From positions 832,001 through 896,000 of the forward strand of contig JAVLKG010000001.1 in the NCBI GenBank assembly GCA_032128875.1: a stretch of 64,000 nucleotides of DNA, written 5' to 3'. Both the position numbers and the translations under genes were made by a program. Source of the DNA: Candidatus Melainabacteria bacterium 17Bon1m. Lineage in GTDB: Bacteria; Cyanobacteriota; Vampirovibrionia; Obscuribacterales; Obscuribacteraceae. How positions within the stretch are numbered: the first letter of the stretch is position 1; every line of letters begins with the position of its first letter. Below are positions 28,603 to 38,343 of this stretch, in pieces. The notes beneath the pieces are model-generated. The model ran no database searches, was not told the DNA's origin, and saw only the letters and a list, made by a program, of their open reading frames with translations.

Positions 28603-28713
28603 GCAGGTGCGACACTATGCATCGACTGGCGACGCATATCATTGTTCAGGCGGCGCGATGCATTAACCGACCCTGCACATCATCAGCCGGACGATGCGCT
28701 GCATCGCCCCTAC
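28603..28713. repeat. Cluster of three degenerate GTAG-type REP-like palindromes
   Basis: Minus strand GTAG-GGGCGATGC-AGC-GCATCGTCC at 28689-28713; related copies at 28652-28676 (-) and 28603-28628 (+). Confidence 0.55.
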
Positions 28714-28756
28714 CGTTGATGGGACTGAGAGACACGCATGGCGCGAGCGTGTGAAT

Positions 28757-30049
28757 TTAACTGACGACTTTGTCTTTCTTTGGTTCCCAAGTCGCTTGCT
28801 TCGTGGGCTGCACAGCCAGGTTGGAAACAGCGGGCAGGTCGTGAATTGTTCGCTGGATTTGACGTTTTGCTTGAGTTTTCCAGCCGAATTTTTGGATGAT
28901 TTCCGGCAAGCTCGAACCACTCCATTGCCAGTGGTGGAGAGCCACGATAGCTTGTTCTACCGAAAGAGCGCCTTCATCAATCATTGCCTGGCAGCGCACT
29001 GCAATGTGCAGCGTGGCTTCTGATATTTGACCGGCGTTGAGAAGAATTTCGTCAAACGGCTTGACCTTGCGACCATCGTCGACAATCGCTCTTCTTAGAG
29101 CATCGTCGCTGAGCAGTCCGGCGAGTTTGAGCAAGTCCACAAGTCCAATCAAGTTGGTTGTCTTGAACTGTGCTTTGCTGACTTCGCTCATGCAAGTCTC
29201 TGCAGTCCAGCCGTGTTGATGGATGAGGCTGAGTGCTTCGGATGCTTCTTCCGTGGTCATGTTTTCTGAGCGAACCATCTCCTGCAAGCCCAGGGCCGCA
29301 TCGAGAACGGCTTCGTTAATGAACCCTGATTGCATAAGAGCCTGTCCGATCAACATATCGACCGACAGTGCGAATTCGAGAGCTGTGATCAGGTCTGTTT
29401 CGGAGACAACATCTGCCAAAACCAGCAGTTCGCCCAGGCGAATATTTGGTCTTTCAGGAAGTTTGTAACCGGCTGCCATGATCGCTGCATCAAGGTTGAA
29501 GTCCTTGTCTTTTGCACCTTTGAGGATGGTAACCGCATCTTCGCGCGCAATCTCTCCGTCGCGAATGAGCGACTGCATGGTCAGAGCTGCTTGAACGACC
29601 GAGCTGCTGAGGAAGTTTTTCAAAACGAGAATGCGTCCCAGTGGCAAACCTAAGTGAGTACTGGTGTGCATTGCATCATCGACTTGCTTGCGCGAGATCA
29701 ATTCTGCGCCGACCAAAAGGTCGCCCAGCTTGTTTGTGTTGTCGGTGACGTCTTCGAGTGCGCCTAGATATTCGAGAGAGTCGGTCAGACTCAATCTGCG
29801 AGCGGCGGCAACTTCAACCGCACGAACTGCTGTTTCCAGGGTGAGCAGTTTGTCTCTCACCAACGATTGCGCAAGGATGGCAGCTTTGAGCGTGTCATTT
29901 CTAATGATGTCCAGCATCACCAGTACACGCCCAATGGGCAGCCCACTTTGTCCGGACACCTTCATCGCGTTTGCGAGGTCCTCGACTGTGACGAGCTTGG
30001 CTCGTCTGAGGAGTTCGCCGATTAACATCGATTCGCCTGGTTTAATCAT
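28757..30049 (-). CDS. Protein made of four tandem MshEN-like (T2SSE_N) modules
   Basis: Motif pairs LIGELL/IGRVLV..Q, KLGDLL/LGRILV..Q, RLGELL/IGQALM..Q, LVDLLK/FDEILL..Q at about 100 aa period. Confidence 0.75.
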   Translation of the reverse strand: MIKPGESMLIGELLRRAKLVTVEDLANAMKVSGQSGLPIGRVLVMLDIIRNDTLKAAILAQSLVRDKLLTLETAVRAVEVAAARRLSLTDSLEYLGALEDVTDNTNKLGDLLVGAELISRKQVDDAMHTSTHLGLPLGRILVLKNFLSSSVVQAALTMQSLIRDGEIAREDAVTILKGAKDKDFNLDAAIMAAGYKLPERPNIRLGELLVLADVVSETDLITALEFALSVDMLIGQALMQSGFINEAVLDAALGLQEMVRSENMTTEEASEALSLIHQHGWTAETCMSEVSKAQFKTTNLIGLVDLLKLAGLLSDDALRRAIVDDGRKVKPFDEILLNAGQISEATLHIAVRCQAMIDEGALSVEQAIVALHHWQWSGSSLPEIIQKFGWKTQAKRQIQRTIHDLPAVSNLAVQPTKQATWEPKKDKVVS

Positions 30050-30254
30050 GTTCTACTCTTCCTGAGGGCACGGAGAGACAAAAGTTGCAACGCCAATCAC
30101 TAAGGTCTTTAACGGTCGCCCGCATGACATTTAGGAATGGCACCCGACATAAAAGCTGCAAAAATTGCAGACAGTGACCGTAATACAATCATGCGTGGCT
30201 GACGGCAACCCTCGGTATAGTTTTGCCTGTAATTCGTATAGGGGCTGACTATAT

Positions 30255-30851
30255 TTAGGTGACGCTTTCGAGAGCGTTCTTCATTGCGATCGCTGCGCTA
30301 TCGGTCGGATCGGCCTCGAGGGCACGTCTGACGCATTCTTTCGCGCCGTTAAAATCCAGGTCCATACCCTTGGCTGCAGCCAAGTGCAGCCATCCGTTGA
30401 CGTAGTCGGGGTTAATCTCCAGAGCCCGGGAAAGCAAGTCCCGCGCCTCTTTGGTGAGATTTTCCTGTAGATAGAGTACGGACAAGTTGCCGTAAGGCCA
30501 TTCGAAGTCGGGAAATTCTCTTATAAGGGCTTTAAATGTCTCTTTGGCGCCCTCGCAGTCGCCCAGCGCCATCTGGTTAAAGCCTTCAATATTTCGCTGT
30601 TCTGCTAAAAGAGGTACCGGAAAGCGGGGAAGCTTGGTTTTTAGGAAACGACCGGCAGTTATCGCTATCTCTGATTCAGGCTCGAGCTCTTGCGCGAAAA
30701 CCAGCGCATCTCTCGCCTGCTCCGTCCAACCCATGGACTTATATTTGATTCCCAGGTCGTAATATTCGGCGGCAGAAAGTCCTTCAGGGACTTCTCTTGG
30801 AGGTAGTTCCATTTGTCTTCTTCCATGGGTGGCCGGGTCTTCCCGAACCAT
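30255..30851 (-). CDS. TPR protein
   Basis: YYDLGIKYK, PYGNLSVLY, ALEINPDYVNGWLHLA. Confidence 0.8.
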   Translation of the reverse strand: MVREDPATHGRRQMELPPREVPEGLSAAEYYDLGIKYKSMGWTEQARDALVFAQELEPESEIAITAGRFLKTKLPRFPVPLLAEQRNIEGFNQMALGDCEGAKETFKALIREFPDFEWPYGNLSVLYLQENLTKEARDLLSRALEINPDYVNGWLHLAAAKGMDLDFNGAKECVRRALEADPTDSAAIAMKNALESVT

Positions 30852-30909
30852 AATGTCAATTGTAATGTCTAAACAGATACTTTGGTCGTGTTCAGATCCG
30901 GTATCTGAC

Positions 30910-31410
30910 CTAGAGCTCGAGGGCGCTCGTTTTCACGATATATCGCAAACTTTTGCAAATCTCTTCCATCTGTTCTTCTTTTAAGCCTGGCTCGACCGGA
31001 TAAGACATAATGCCGCGTCCACGAAAGTATCGGGGCAGGCTATCGGTGCGCGGGATGACGTGAACATGAAAATGCGGCACGGCTTCGCCCAGGGAAAACG
31101 TATAAATGCGCTCTGCGCCGGTCAGTTTTCGAATCAGGGACATCACCTGCTTGAGCAATCCGCCGTAACCAGTCGCCTCCTCATCCGTCGCCTCTGTCAG
31201 GTCAAGGATGTGACGTCTTGCTTCGATGACAAGATAGCCAAGAATGTTGGTCTCGCGCGAATGCCTAACAACAAAGCTCTTGGTCTCGAGAATGATGTCT
31301 CGAGTGGGTTGCTCTTCTTGTCGTTTGCAAATCAAGCACTGGGCGTCTTTGGTCATCTGGGGCGTCCTTTTCGGGGCAGCGGAGACTCTATAATATGGGC
31401 TGCGCGACAT
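30910..31410 (-). CDS. HIT family hydrolase
   Basis: CLIC zinc motif and VPHFHVHVIPR histidine triad. Confidence 0.88.
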   Translation of the reverse strand: MSRSPYYRVSAAPKRTPQMTKDAQCLICKRQEEQPTRDIILETKSFVVRHSRETNILGYLVIEARRHILDLTEATDEEATGYGGLLKQVMSLIRKLTGAERIYTFSLGEAVPHFHVHVIPRTDSLPRYFRGRGIMSYPVEPGLKEEQMEEICKSLRYIVKTSALEL

Positions 31411-31439
31411 ATGTTAGATCGTCGGACAGAAGAAAAGAT

Positions 31440-33194
31440 ATGCTTATTTGTTATCAAGAAGTTCGTTTGCCCAGGGCTTTCACACTGATACTACTGGCGG
31501 TGCTCTTCTGGGCTGCATCCGGAAATCTGTCTGCATTTGCCGACGAAATTACAAGCTTCGATGCCACCATAGAAGTTCAACCTGATGCATCGCTCGATGT
31601 TCACGAAGATCTTACGGTTAAATTCGATACGCCAAACCGGCATGGCATCAAGCGTTTCATTCCTGTGGTCTACGATCGCAAGCACAACAATTACACGATT
31701 GATCTTAAGTTGGCCGGAGTAACCGGAACGGATGGGAAGTATGTCCCATTCAAGACCAATCGGCAGGGCCGAGACTTCTTTATTATCATCGGCGATCCGA
31801 AGAAATCGGTTATGGGATTGCAGCAGTACCATATTCATTACACGGTTCGGCGTGCCATCAACTTCTTCGACGATGCTCCTGAAATTTACTGGAACGTAAC
31901 CGGCAATGAATCACATATGCCGATTGATAAAGTGGTGGCGCGGGTGGTGTTTCCCCCAGTGTCCCAAAAAGGCGAAATCCTAGCAAAAGCGTTTATCGGA
32001 GAAGAAGGTTCTACAAAAACTTCCCCTTATTCTCTGGAGTTAGGTAGCGCTACTTTTACTTGCGGAAAGCTCGAGCCAGGAGAAGGTTTGACCGTTGTGG
32101 TCGGCTTACCTGCAGGGCACGTCAACAAGCCTACTCAGTGGCAGGAGTTTCTTTACCTTGCGGCTGACTGGTGGCCGCTTGTGGTTTTGCCGGCAATTAC
32201 ACTTTCGGTTTGTTTCAACTTGTGGTGGTTTTTGGGCCGCGATGCTGTGAAGCGTCAAGCTGTTGCAGTCGACTGGGAACCGCCTAAAGACTTATCTCCG
32301 GCTGAAGTCGGCACACTCGTTGACGAGCAATGTGATTTGTCCGATATGGTTTCGACTGTTGTTGATTTGGCTGCCAGAGGCTATTTGACGATTCGCGAAT
32401 TTAAGACCGAGTCGCTTTTCTTCCTGCGCAACAAGGACTATGAATTCACCAGACTGCCTCACAATGATCGGCAGGACAAATCTCCGCTCAATTCATTTGA
32501 GCAATTATTCCTGAATGCGCTGTTCAAAAAGGGTTACTTTCAGACAGATACTGTGCGCCTTTCGGAATTGAAGTATAAGTTTTACCTTGATATGAAGCAG
32601 ATCGAGAAAGGCATTTATCAATCGCTGATTAATAAGGGTATGTTTTTGCAAAGTCCTGATGAGGTGAGGCAGAGCTGGATTTGCATCGGTGTCATTATGT
32701 TCATTCTTTCGTTTATCCTGGGACCGATTCAATCTTCGTACGGCATAGGAATGATATTTTCCTCGATTATCGTTCTCTGCTTCTCTCGAACCATGCCTGC
32801 GCGCACGCGAAAAGGATGCGAGGCACTCTACCAATGCCTCGGGTTTCAGCGCTTCGTAAAACTGGCTGAGAAGGAAAGAATCAAGAAGCTCGTCACCGAT
32901 GATCCGACAATCTTCGGACGTTTGCTGCCTTATGCCATGGTCTTGGGTGCAGCGGATCAATGGGCAGAAGCCTTTAAAGACCTTGTTGTCTCGCCGCCCG
33001 ACTGGTACATATCGAGTGGGTCGAGATTTCAAACTTACTCATTCGTGCGTGACATCGGGGACAGCACACGCACAATGGGGCAAACTTTTACCTCTATGCC
33101 ATCATCATCTTCCTCGGCTGGGTCGGGTGGCAGCGGATTTAGTGGTGGTTCTTCCGGCGGGGGCTTTGGAGGTGGGGGAACCAGCAGTTGGTGA
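31440..33194 (+). CDS. DUF2207 family membrane protein (start uncertain)
   Basis: EITSFDATIEVQPDASLDVHE, YWNVTGN, DLAARGYL, LLPYAMVLG, C-terminal SGGSSGGGFGGGGTSSW. Confidence 0.9.
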   Translation: MLICYQEVRLPRAFTLILLAVLFWAASGNLSAFADEITSFDATIEVQPDASLDVHEDLTVKFDTPNRHGIKRFIPVVYDRKHNNYTIDLKLAGVTGTDGKYVPFKTNRQGRDFFIIIGDPKKSVMGLQQYHIHYTVRRAINFFDDAPEIYWNVTGNESHMPIDKVVARVVFPPVSQKGEILAKAFIGEEGSTKTSPYSLELGSATFTCGKLEPGEGLTVVVGLPAGHVNKPTQWQEFLYLAADWWPLVVLPAITLSVCFNLWWFLGRDAVKRQAVAVDWEPPKDLSPAEVGTLVDEQCDLSDMVSTVVDLAARGYLTIREFKTESLFFLRNKDYEFTRLPHNDRQDKSPLNSFEQLFLNALFKKGYFQTDTVRLSELKYKFYLDMKQIEKGIYQSLINKGMFLQSPDEVRQSWICIGVIMFILSFILGPIQSSYGIGMIFSSIIVLCFSRTMPARTRKGCEALYQCLGFQRFVKLAEKERIKKLVTDDPTIFGRLLPYAMVLGAADQWAEAFKDLVVSPPDWYISSGSRFQTYSFVRDIGDSTRTMGQTFTSMPSSSSSAGSGGSGFSGGSSGGGFGGGGTSSW

Positions 33195-33462
33195 CTTTAT
33201 CAGCCTGAAAAACCACCTAACATGCGGAAATTTCACCAAATTTATCGGCAGCTTCTTTTGTCTTCGATTGCCGAAAAGATGCGCAAACGCCCTCGCTTGG
33301 CTGAATAGCGGGATTGCGGGGGGCTGCGAAGACGGGATGTCAGTGTTTTCGAGCATTGTTTAGAAAGTCCCAGTAAGATGGAAAAAAGGCTATAGCCCTG
33401 TGGGATTTGACCGATCCCCGGAAGGAAGCATGGACGTTTGCGGTTAGGAGCGCTTAGTAACG

Positions 33463-34488
33463 ATGGTGATAGAAAGAGAACTACCAAGGTTAAAGACCAG
33501 ATACAAATGGAGTCTTGCACTCTTGTCTCTGGGATTGGCATTTATGCCATCGGCATTTGCGCAGGACGAAGGTCCTTCGGTGACCTTGATGAAGTATGTC
33601 GGCAAAGCGCAAGAAGCAATGCGCGCCGGTCGCAATCAGGAAGCTCGCGATGAGTTTCGCAAAGCAATCGGTTTGGCACCGAAAACGCCAGAGTATTACA
33701 TCGGTTTGTCCGATGCTTGCTATGCAATGAAGGAATACGATCAAGTCGCATTCGCCTTGCAGAAGGTTATAGAACTGAATCCGGCCATGAAAGATGAGTG
33801 CTCCGGCGAATACGGCGAAGCACTTTTCCATTTGGGCCGCTATGACGAAGCGATTCCATATTTGAAAGCAGGACTTCGCTACATCGATTCGCCTGCTGCT
33901 AAAGCAAGAAGAACGGCAATTGCTGCCGCTCCTCCGGTTTCTGTCCCCTCGACGCCTCCTGCGTCAGTATTGAGTGCGGCGGCATCGACCCAGCCACACG
34001 ACACAAAACCGATACCTCTGGCAACAGAAAATCCGGCATCAGCAGAGGGTTGGCACTCAATCGCTACCAAGCATCACGAAGTCGATATCAACAAAGCTAA
34101 CCAAACTTTGGCTGGTGCAATTCGTTGCGAAGGTATCGTGATCGCCGAGTATCAGGGCTATGAGAAGCGTGACAACATCAACTTCTTCCATCCACCCAAA
34201 GCAAAATTCAGAATCACCAAAATCTTGAAGGGACCGCCCCTCAACAAAGATCTGCCTGTTCGCTACGAGTTCAAAGAGCGTTCTTCGACCTCTGGTGCGC
34301 CTGCGGGTTGGAAATTCTCAGATGACAAAATGCCAGCGAAAGGCAGCCCATGGATTATCTTCCTTGAGTGGTGCACGCCGCGCGATGGAATGTTTGACAC
34401 TTATGAAGGGTCGTTCGGCAGATTGCCCGCCGATGACGAAAACCTGAACAAAGTGTACGCGGAGCTTGAGAAGCACAGCAACCGCTAG
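33463..34488 (+). CDS. Exported TPR protein
   Basis: AGGAG before start; signal peptide (AFA); TPRs; distinct C-terminal beta domain. Confidence 0.8.
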   Translation: MVIERELPRLKTRYKWSLALLSLGLAFMPSAFAQDEGPSVTLMKYVGKAQEAMRAGRNQEARDEFRKAIGLAPKTPEYYIGLSDACYAMKEYDQVAFALQKVIELNPAMKDECSGEYGEALFHLGRYDEAIPYLKAGLRYIDSPAAKARRTAIAAAPPVSVPSTPPASVLSAAASTQPHDTKPIPLATENPASAEGWHSIATKHHEVDINKANQTLAGAIRCEGIVIAEYQGYEKRDNINFFHPPKAKFRITKILKGPPLNKDLPVRYEFKERSSTSGAPAGWKFSDDKMPAKGSPWIIFLEWCTPRDGMFDTYEGSFGRLPADDENLNKVYAELEKHSNR

Positions 34489-34535
34489 ACATTGCTGAGC
34501 AGTTTCTTCTGATTTGAATTTGGAGGTTTTGTAAA

Positions 34536-35033
34536 ATGATTTTTCCAGCCCGTCCCCTCAGCCTTGGACTAGCGCTGGCGCTCAGCGTCTCGACACTCTT
34601 GGTCGGCAATGTTTCGTATGCCCAAAACAGCAAAAAAGTTGAATGGCATCGTTGCCTTATCTCGATCTACAAGTCCAAGAACCAAGTGCCTCAAGCATGC
34701 GAAGAGTATGCTGCGCTTGTAAATCTTGATCCAAAGGATGCACAGATTCGCTTCGAATATGGTGCCTACCTTCATAAGATGGGTCGAGTCAAAGACGCCA
34801 TTGTTCAGTATCGCAAGGCGGCAGATATGAATCCTTCCAATCCTGACTATCAGGGCGCGGTTGGTGATGCTCTTGTCTCCTTGAAAGACTATTCGAGCGC
34901 AGTTGCGTACTATCAGAAAGCTGGCCCGAAATATGCCGGCAAGCTGTCTACGACGTCTGCGTATGTGCAACAGCTCCGCCAAATCAATCAGTACAATGCT
35001 GAAATCAAAAAGCGTGCTGCTGAAGACGAATAG
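34536..35033 (+). CDS. Exported TPR protein
   Basis: GGAGG before ATG; signal peptide; TPRs LDPKDAQIRFEYG, MNPSNPDYQGAVG. Confidence 0.8.
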   Translation: MIFPARPLSLGLALALSVSTLLVGNVSYAQNSKKVEWHRCLISIYKSKNQVPQACEEYAALVNLDPKDAQIRFEYGAYLHKMGRVKDAIVQYRKAADMNPSNPDYQGAVGDALVSLKDYSSAVAYYQKAGPKYAGKLSTTSAYVQQLRQINQYNAEIKKRAAEDE

Positions 35034-35062
35034 TTTGATATAGACGTAGCTACAGATGATTT

Positions 35063-35091
35063 AAACGGGCGGCAGATTGTCGCCCGTTTTT
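35063..35091. terminator. Intrinsic terminator, probably bidirectional
   Basis: AAACGGGCGGCA-GAT-TGTCGCCCGTTT-TT between convergent genes. Confidence 0.75.
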
Positions 35092-35170
35092 GCTCGTCAT
35101 CTCTGAGCCGACGCACCACTTGCGCCTTGTTCAAAATGAGGGCAGCAGGCAATTGTGTCAGAACCTGAAC

Positions 35171-37243
35171 TTACGGTGTTGCTGTGCTCTTCTCTGGGTT
35201 TGGCTGATGGCTCAGGATGATTCGATTGCGCCCTTGCTTTTTCGCTTCATATAGACGCGCGTCAGCAGTCTGAATCAATTCGTAAATCGACTCTCCATCC
35301 TCAGGGTAGCTTGCCATCCCGCCCGAGAAGCTGCATTTGAATTCTTGACCATCGTCGCCGTTGAAAACCATCTCTCGAAACTCTGCAAGCACTCTATTAA
35401 TAGCAGCGTGCATGGTTTCTTTTGATTCGCGTCTGAATCCGAGTATGAATTCTTCTCCACCCCAACGACCGCGTAAATCTTCTACTCGAAAACGCCGTGC
35501 CAGAAGCTGACCCAAACCCGCAAGAACTTTGTCGCCAGCCAGGTGACCGTAGGTGTCGTTGACATTTTTGAACTTGTCCACATCGAGCAAGCATATCGTA
35601 AAAACTGATTTATTACGTTGCCCGTCCGCGAGCAATTGAGCGAGCTGCTCTGAGAATGCTCTTCTCAAGAGCAATCCCGTGATGGTGTCTTTGTCTGATC
35701 TGTCTTTCAGCATGCGCGCGCGATCGAGTCTGACCTTGACGCGAGTAAGCAGCTCTTCGTTGACGACCGGCTTGGGAAGGTAATCATCGCCGCCAGAGCG
35801 GAATGCTTCCAATCTGTTTTCCACACCGGTTTGTCCAGTGAGAAAGACAATCGGCAGATCTTGCCAGCGCGGAATCTGGCGCAGCATGCGGCAAACCTCG
35901 AAGCCTGTTATACCAGGCATCATGACGTCGAGCAGAAGCAATTCCGGCGGGAAGTCTTGCATCACTTCCAAAATTTTGTTCGGGTCTGTGAGAATGCGCA
36001 CTACTACGCCCTCATTGCGAAGAATGAGCGCGATGGTGTTGGCAAAAAACTCGTCGTCATCGACGAGCAAAATGCGCGGTCTTCCGCCAGTACGAATTGC
36101 CACCAGGTGCTCGACCGCTTTCTCCAAAGAATCCGATTCTAGCGGTTTATCTAAATAAAGCGACGCACCTGCGTGTGCTGCTTCAACACGATCTTTGACG
36201 AGCGCGTTGCCGGAAATAAACGCTAACGGGAGGGTCTCATATCCTGGCAAATTTCTGAGTTCTCGTGCCAGTTTGAACGACTCATCAGGCACTTCAGCAT
36301 GCACATTTATGAGCGCGGCGTCCAATGGCAGAATACAAGCGCGATCTAGTGCTTCTCTGAAAGTTTTGGCACGAACAATCTCCACGAGCCTTTGTTTGCC
36401 CAGTTCTTCGACAATATCCAAAAATCCGTCGTCCGAATCGACGACAAGAATTCTGGCCATCGATGCCGGAGCTTCCTCGCTCTGTCCTTCCTCTTCTTTT
36501 GCATTGACTACGGAAGCGACATCCTGAGCCTCTTTCTCTCCGAGAATTTTGGCGTCAGCCAATTTGCGATCTACATCAGCCCAGATGGACATTTGCTCGG
36601 CGGCTGGCTTTTCATGCATGGTGGCAGCAGCGTGCTCGATGAAGAGCATACATTCGCTTACTTGCCTGAAGCCCAAAGAGCCGCCTGTGCCCTTGATTTT
36701 GTGTGCTTGCGAACGAACTTCCGCCAGAAGAGAAGCATCTTCCGGGTCTTCTTTTGACTTGTTGATTGCAACTGCCAGGTCTTCCAGTTTTGAGGGCAAC
36801 ATGCGCGCGTATTTTGAAACGAGCGCTAAGAACATCGTCTCGAAATCTTTGAGCTTACTGGACTGTGGGTCTTCGGGGCTGAGCTTGCCTTCTAATTGAG
36901 CGCCGAAAACGAAAGGAATCACGGGTTTATTAACCGCAAGCACGACACCCAGTTCGCGTTCCAGACGTTCGCGATTGGCGTGCAATTCTGGCTGTGACGA
37001 AGCGATGAAAGTAACCGGAATCTTGTTGCCGGTTGCTCTCAAAGCTGTGAGCCAATCGAAGCAATTGTCGTCAGGCAACGGTGCGCCTAGGAGCACCATA
37101 TCCAGATTCTCTTTCTGGATGACGCCTTTGCCTTCTTTGCCGCTATCGACCTGAATAACCTTATGACCACGCCCTTCAAGCACAGGCACAATCAGCTTGC
37201 AGAATGATTTATCCTGTTCGACTAGAAGGATGTTTTTTCCCAT
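35171..37243 (-). CDS. Diguanylate cyclase: REC-Hpt-REC-REC-GGDEF
   Basis: Hpt AHKIKGTGGSLG; third REC LLVDDD..LLDVMMP..YLPKP; RVED I-site and RWGGEEF active site. Confidence 0.92.
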   Translation of the reverse strand: MGKNILLVEQDKSFCKLIVPVLEGRGHKVIQVDSGKEGKGVIQKENLDMVLLGAPLPDDNCFDWLTALRATGNKIPVTFIASSQPELHANRERLERELGVVLAVNKPVIPFVFGAQLEGKLSPEDPQSSKLKDFETMFLALVSKYARMLPSKLEDLAVAINKSKEDPEDASLLAEVRSQAHKIKGTGGSLGFRQVSECMLFIEHAAATMHEKPAAEQMSIWADVDRKLADAKILGEKEAQDVASVVNAKEEEGQSEEAPASMARILVVDSDDGFLDIVEELGKQRLVEIVRAKTFREALDRACILPLDAALINVHAEVPDESFKLARELRNLPGYETLPLAFISGNALVKDRVEAAHAGASLYLDKPLESDSLEKAVEHLVAIRTGGRPRILLVDDDEFFANTIALILRNEGVVVRILTDPNKILEVMQDFPPELLLLDVMMPGITGFEVCRMLRQIPRWQDLPIVFLTGQTGVENRLEAFRSGGDDYLPKPVVNEELLTRVKVRLDRARMLKDRSDKDTITGLLLRRAFSEQLAQLLADGQRNKSVFTICLLDVDKFKNVNDTYGHLAGDKVLAGLGQLLARRFRVEDLRGRWGGEEFILGFRRESKETMHAAINRVLAEFREMVFNGDDGQEFKCSFSGGMASYPEDGESIYELIQTADARLYEAKKQGRNRIILSHQPNPEKSTATP

Positions 37244-37358
37244 GAATACCGGGCCCTTGCGCGCTTCCCTGTCTCAAAGTATACCCAGCTTGGCTCTATC
37301 CTCTACGAAACGTCGAATAAGCGGGCAAAAAGACAAGTTTATTAACCGGCGAAAGGCT

Positions 37359-38324
37359 CTATCCAACCTGGCTAATGCTGATTGTTAACTGGTTTCGAGC
37401 CGGCACACCGCGCACCTGCACTTTGACAGGCTGATAAAATCCCCACGGCTCTCCAGCGTATCCGACAGGAGCGACGACCGTAATTTCGGTGGGTGAAACG
37501 CTCACGATTTGGCATTGCAGCGGACCAACATAGACAGAAATGTCTGACTGATTGGGTGAAAAACCTTCGCCGTAGATTGTGAATTGACTGCCTGGCGGCA
37601 CCCAGCTGGCGCTCAGGCTGCTGAGATAGGGATAGCTAGCGACGGTCGCTGCCAGTGTCCCGGCTTCCATACCGCCCACTGATACGCTCACCTTTGAGCT
37701 GCTGCTATCGGCGTAGTCGGGTACTTGCACGATCAATTTGTCCGACGACGCTGACAGGCAGCGTGCTCGGTGGCTGCCGAACATGACGACGTTTGCATCC
37801 GGGTCGCTGGAGAAATTGCTGCCTAGAATGGTGACTGAATGACCTGGGCTGACCTGGGTCGGATTGAGGCTGGTGACGGTCGGCTGATTCGTAGTCAGCT
37901 TCCAGCTGAATGTAGAACCTCGTTGACCTCCTGCTGTGATCAACATTTGATTGCCACCCCAAGTCAGCTCACCTGTGACATCCACACTCAAGCTGCGCTT
38001 TCCACCGAATTCATTTTCAGATACGAAGTGCATTGTTGGTGATGCGATGCGCAACCATTTGAATCCTGGCGCGCTGGCAGAGCCGTTGTAGTACGTCAAT
38101 GTCAGCTGAAGTTTTTCTTGTCCCTTTTGCAGGTTGATTGTTTCTGTCATGCGCTGAATCTGATTGTTTGGTGCAACCATCGGCTGCGACTGCGCAAGCA
38201 CAACTTCATCTGCACGTGCGGCACTTGGGAAAAGTGTGGATGCAGCGAATAACACCACTACGGGAAGCGCTTTCATAGCAAGATTTCGATACAAAGAAAA
38301 CTTTGAGCACGTCGATAACTTCAA
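37359..38324 (-). CDS. Exported IPT/TIG domain protein
   Basis: Signal peptide; two PxxxSL..G..TIxGxNF/GEGF repeats. Confidence 0.75.
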   Translation of the reverse strand: MKLSTCSKFSLYRNLAMKALPVVVLFAASTLFPSAARADEVVLAQSQPMVAPNNQIQRMTETINLQKGQEKLQLTLTYYNGSASAPGFKWLRIASPTMHFVSENEFGGKRSLSVDVTGELTWGGNQMLITAGGQRGSTFSWKLTTNQPTVTSLNPTQVSPGHSVTILGSNFSSDPDANVVMFGSHRARCLSASSDKLIVQVPDYADSSSSKVSVSVGGMEAGTLAATVASYPYLSSLSASWVPPGSQFTIYGEGFSPNQSDISVYVGPLQCQIVSVSPTEITVVAPVGYAGEPWGFYQPVKVQVRGVPARNQLTISISQVG

Positions 38325-38343
38325 AATTTCAACCCCATTTGAT

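Noticed and set aside
30050-30254. c-di-GMP-I riboswitch ahead of the MshEN-like gene
   Set aside because: GGCAAA is present but the GAAA tetraloop and GACGCAAAG elements are missing; short complementary segments could be chance
33195-33462. Structured leader via CGCAAACG/CGTTTGCG pairing
   Set aside because: A single 8 bp long-range match plus weak hairpins is not enough evidence
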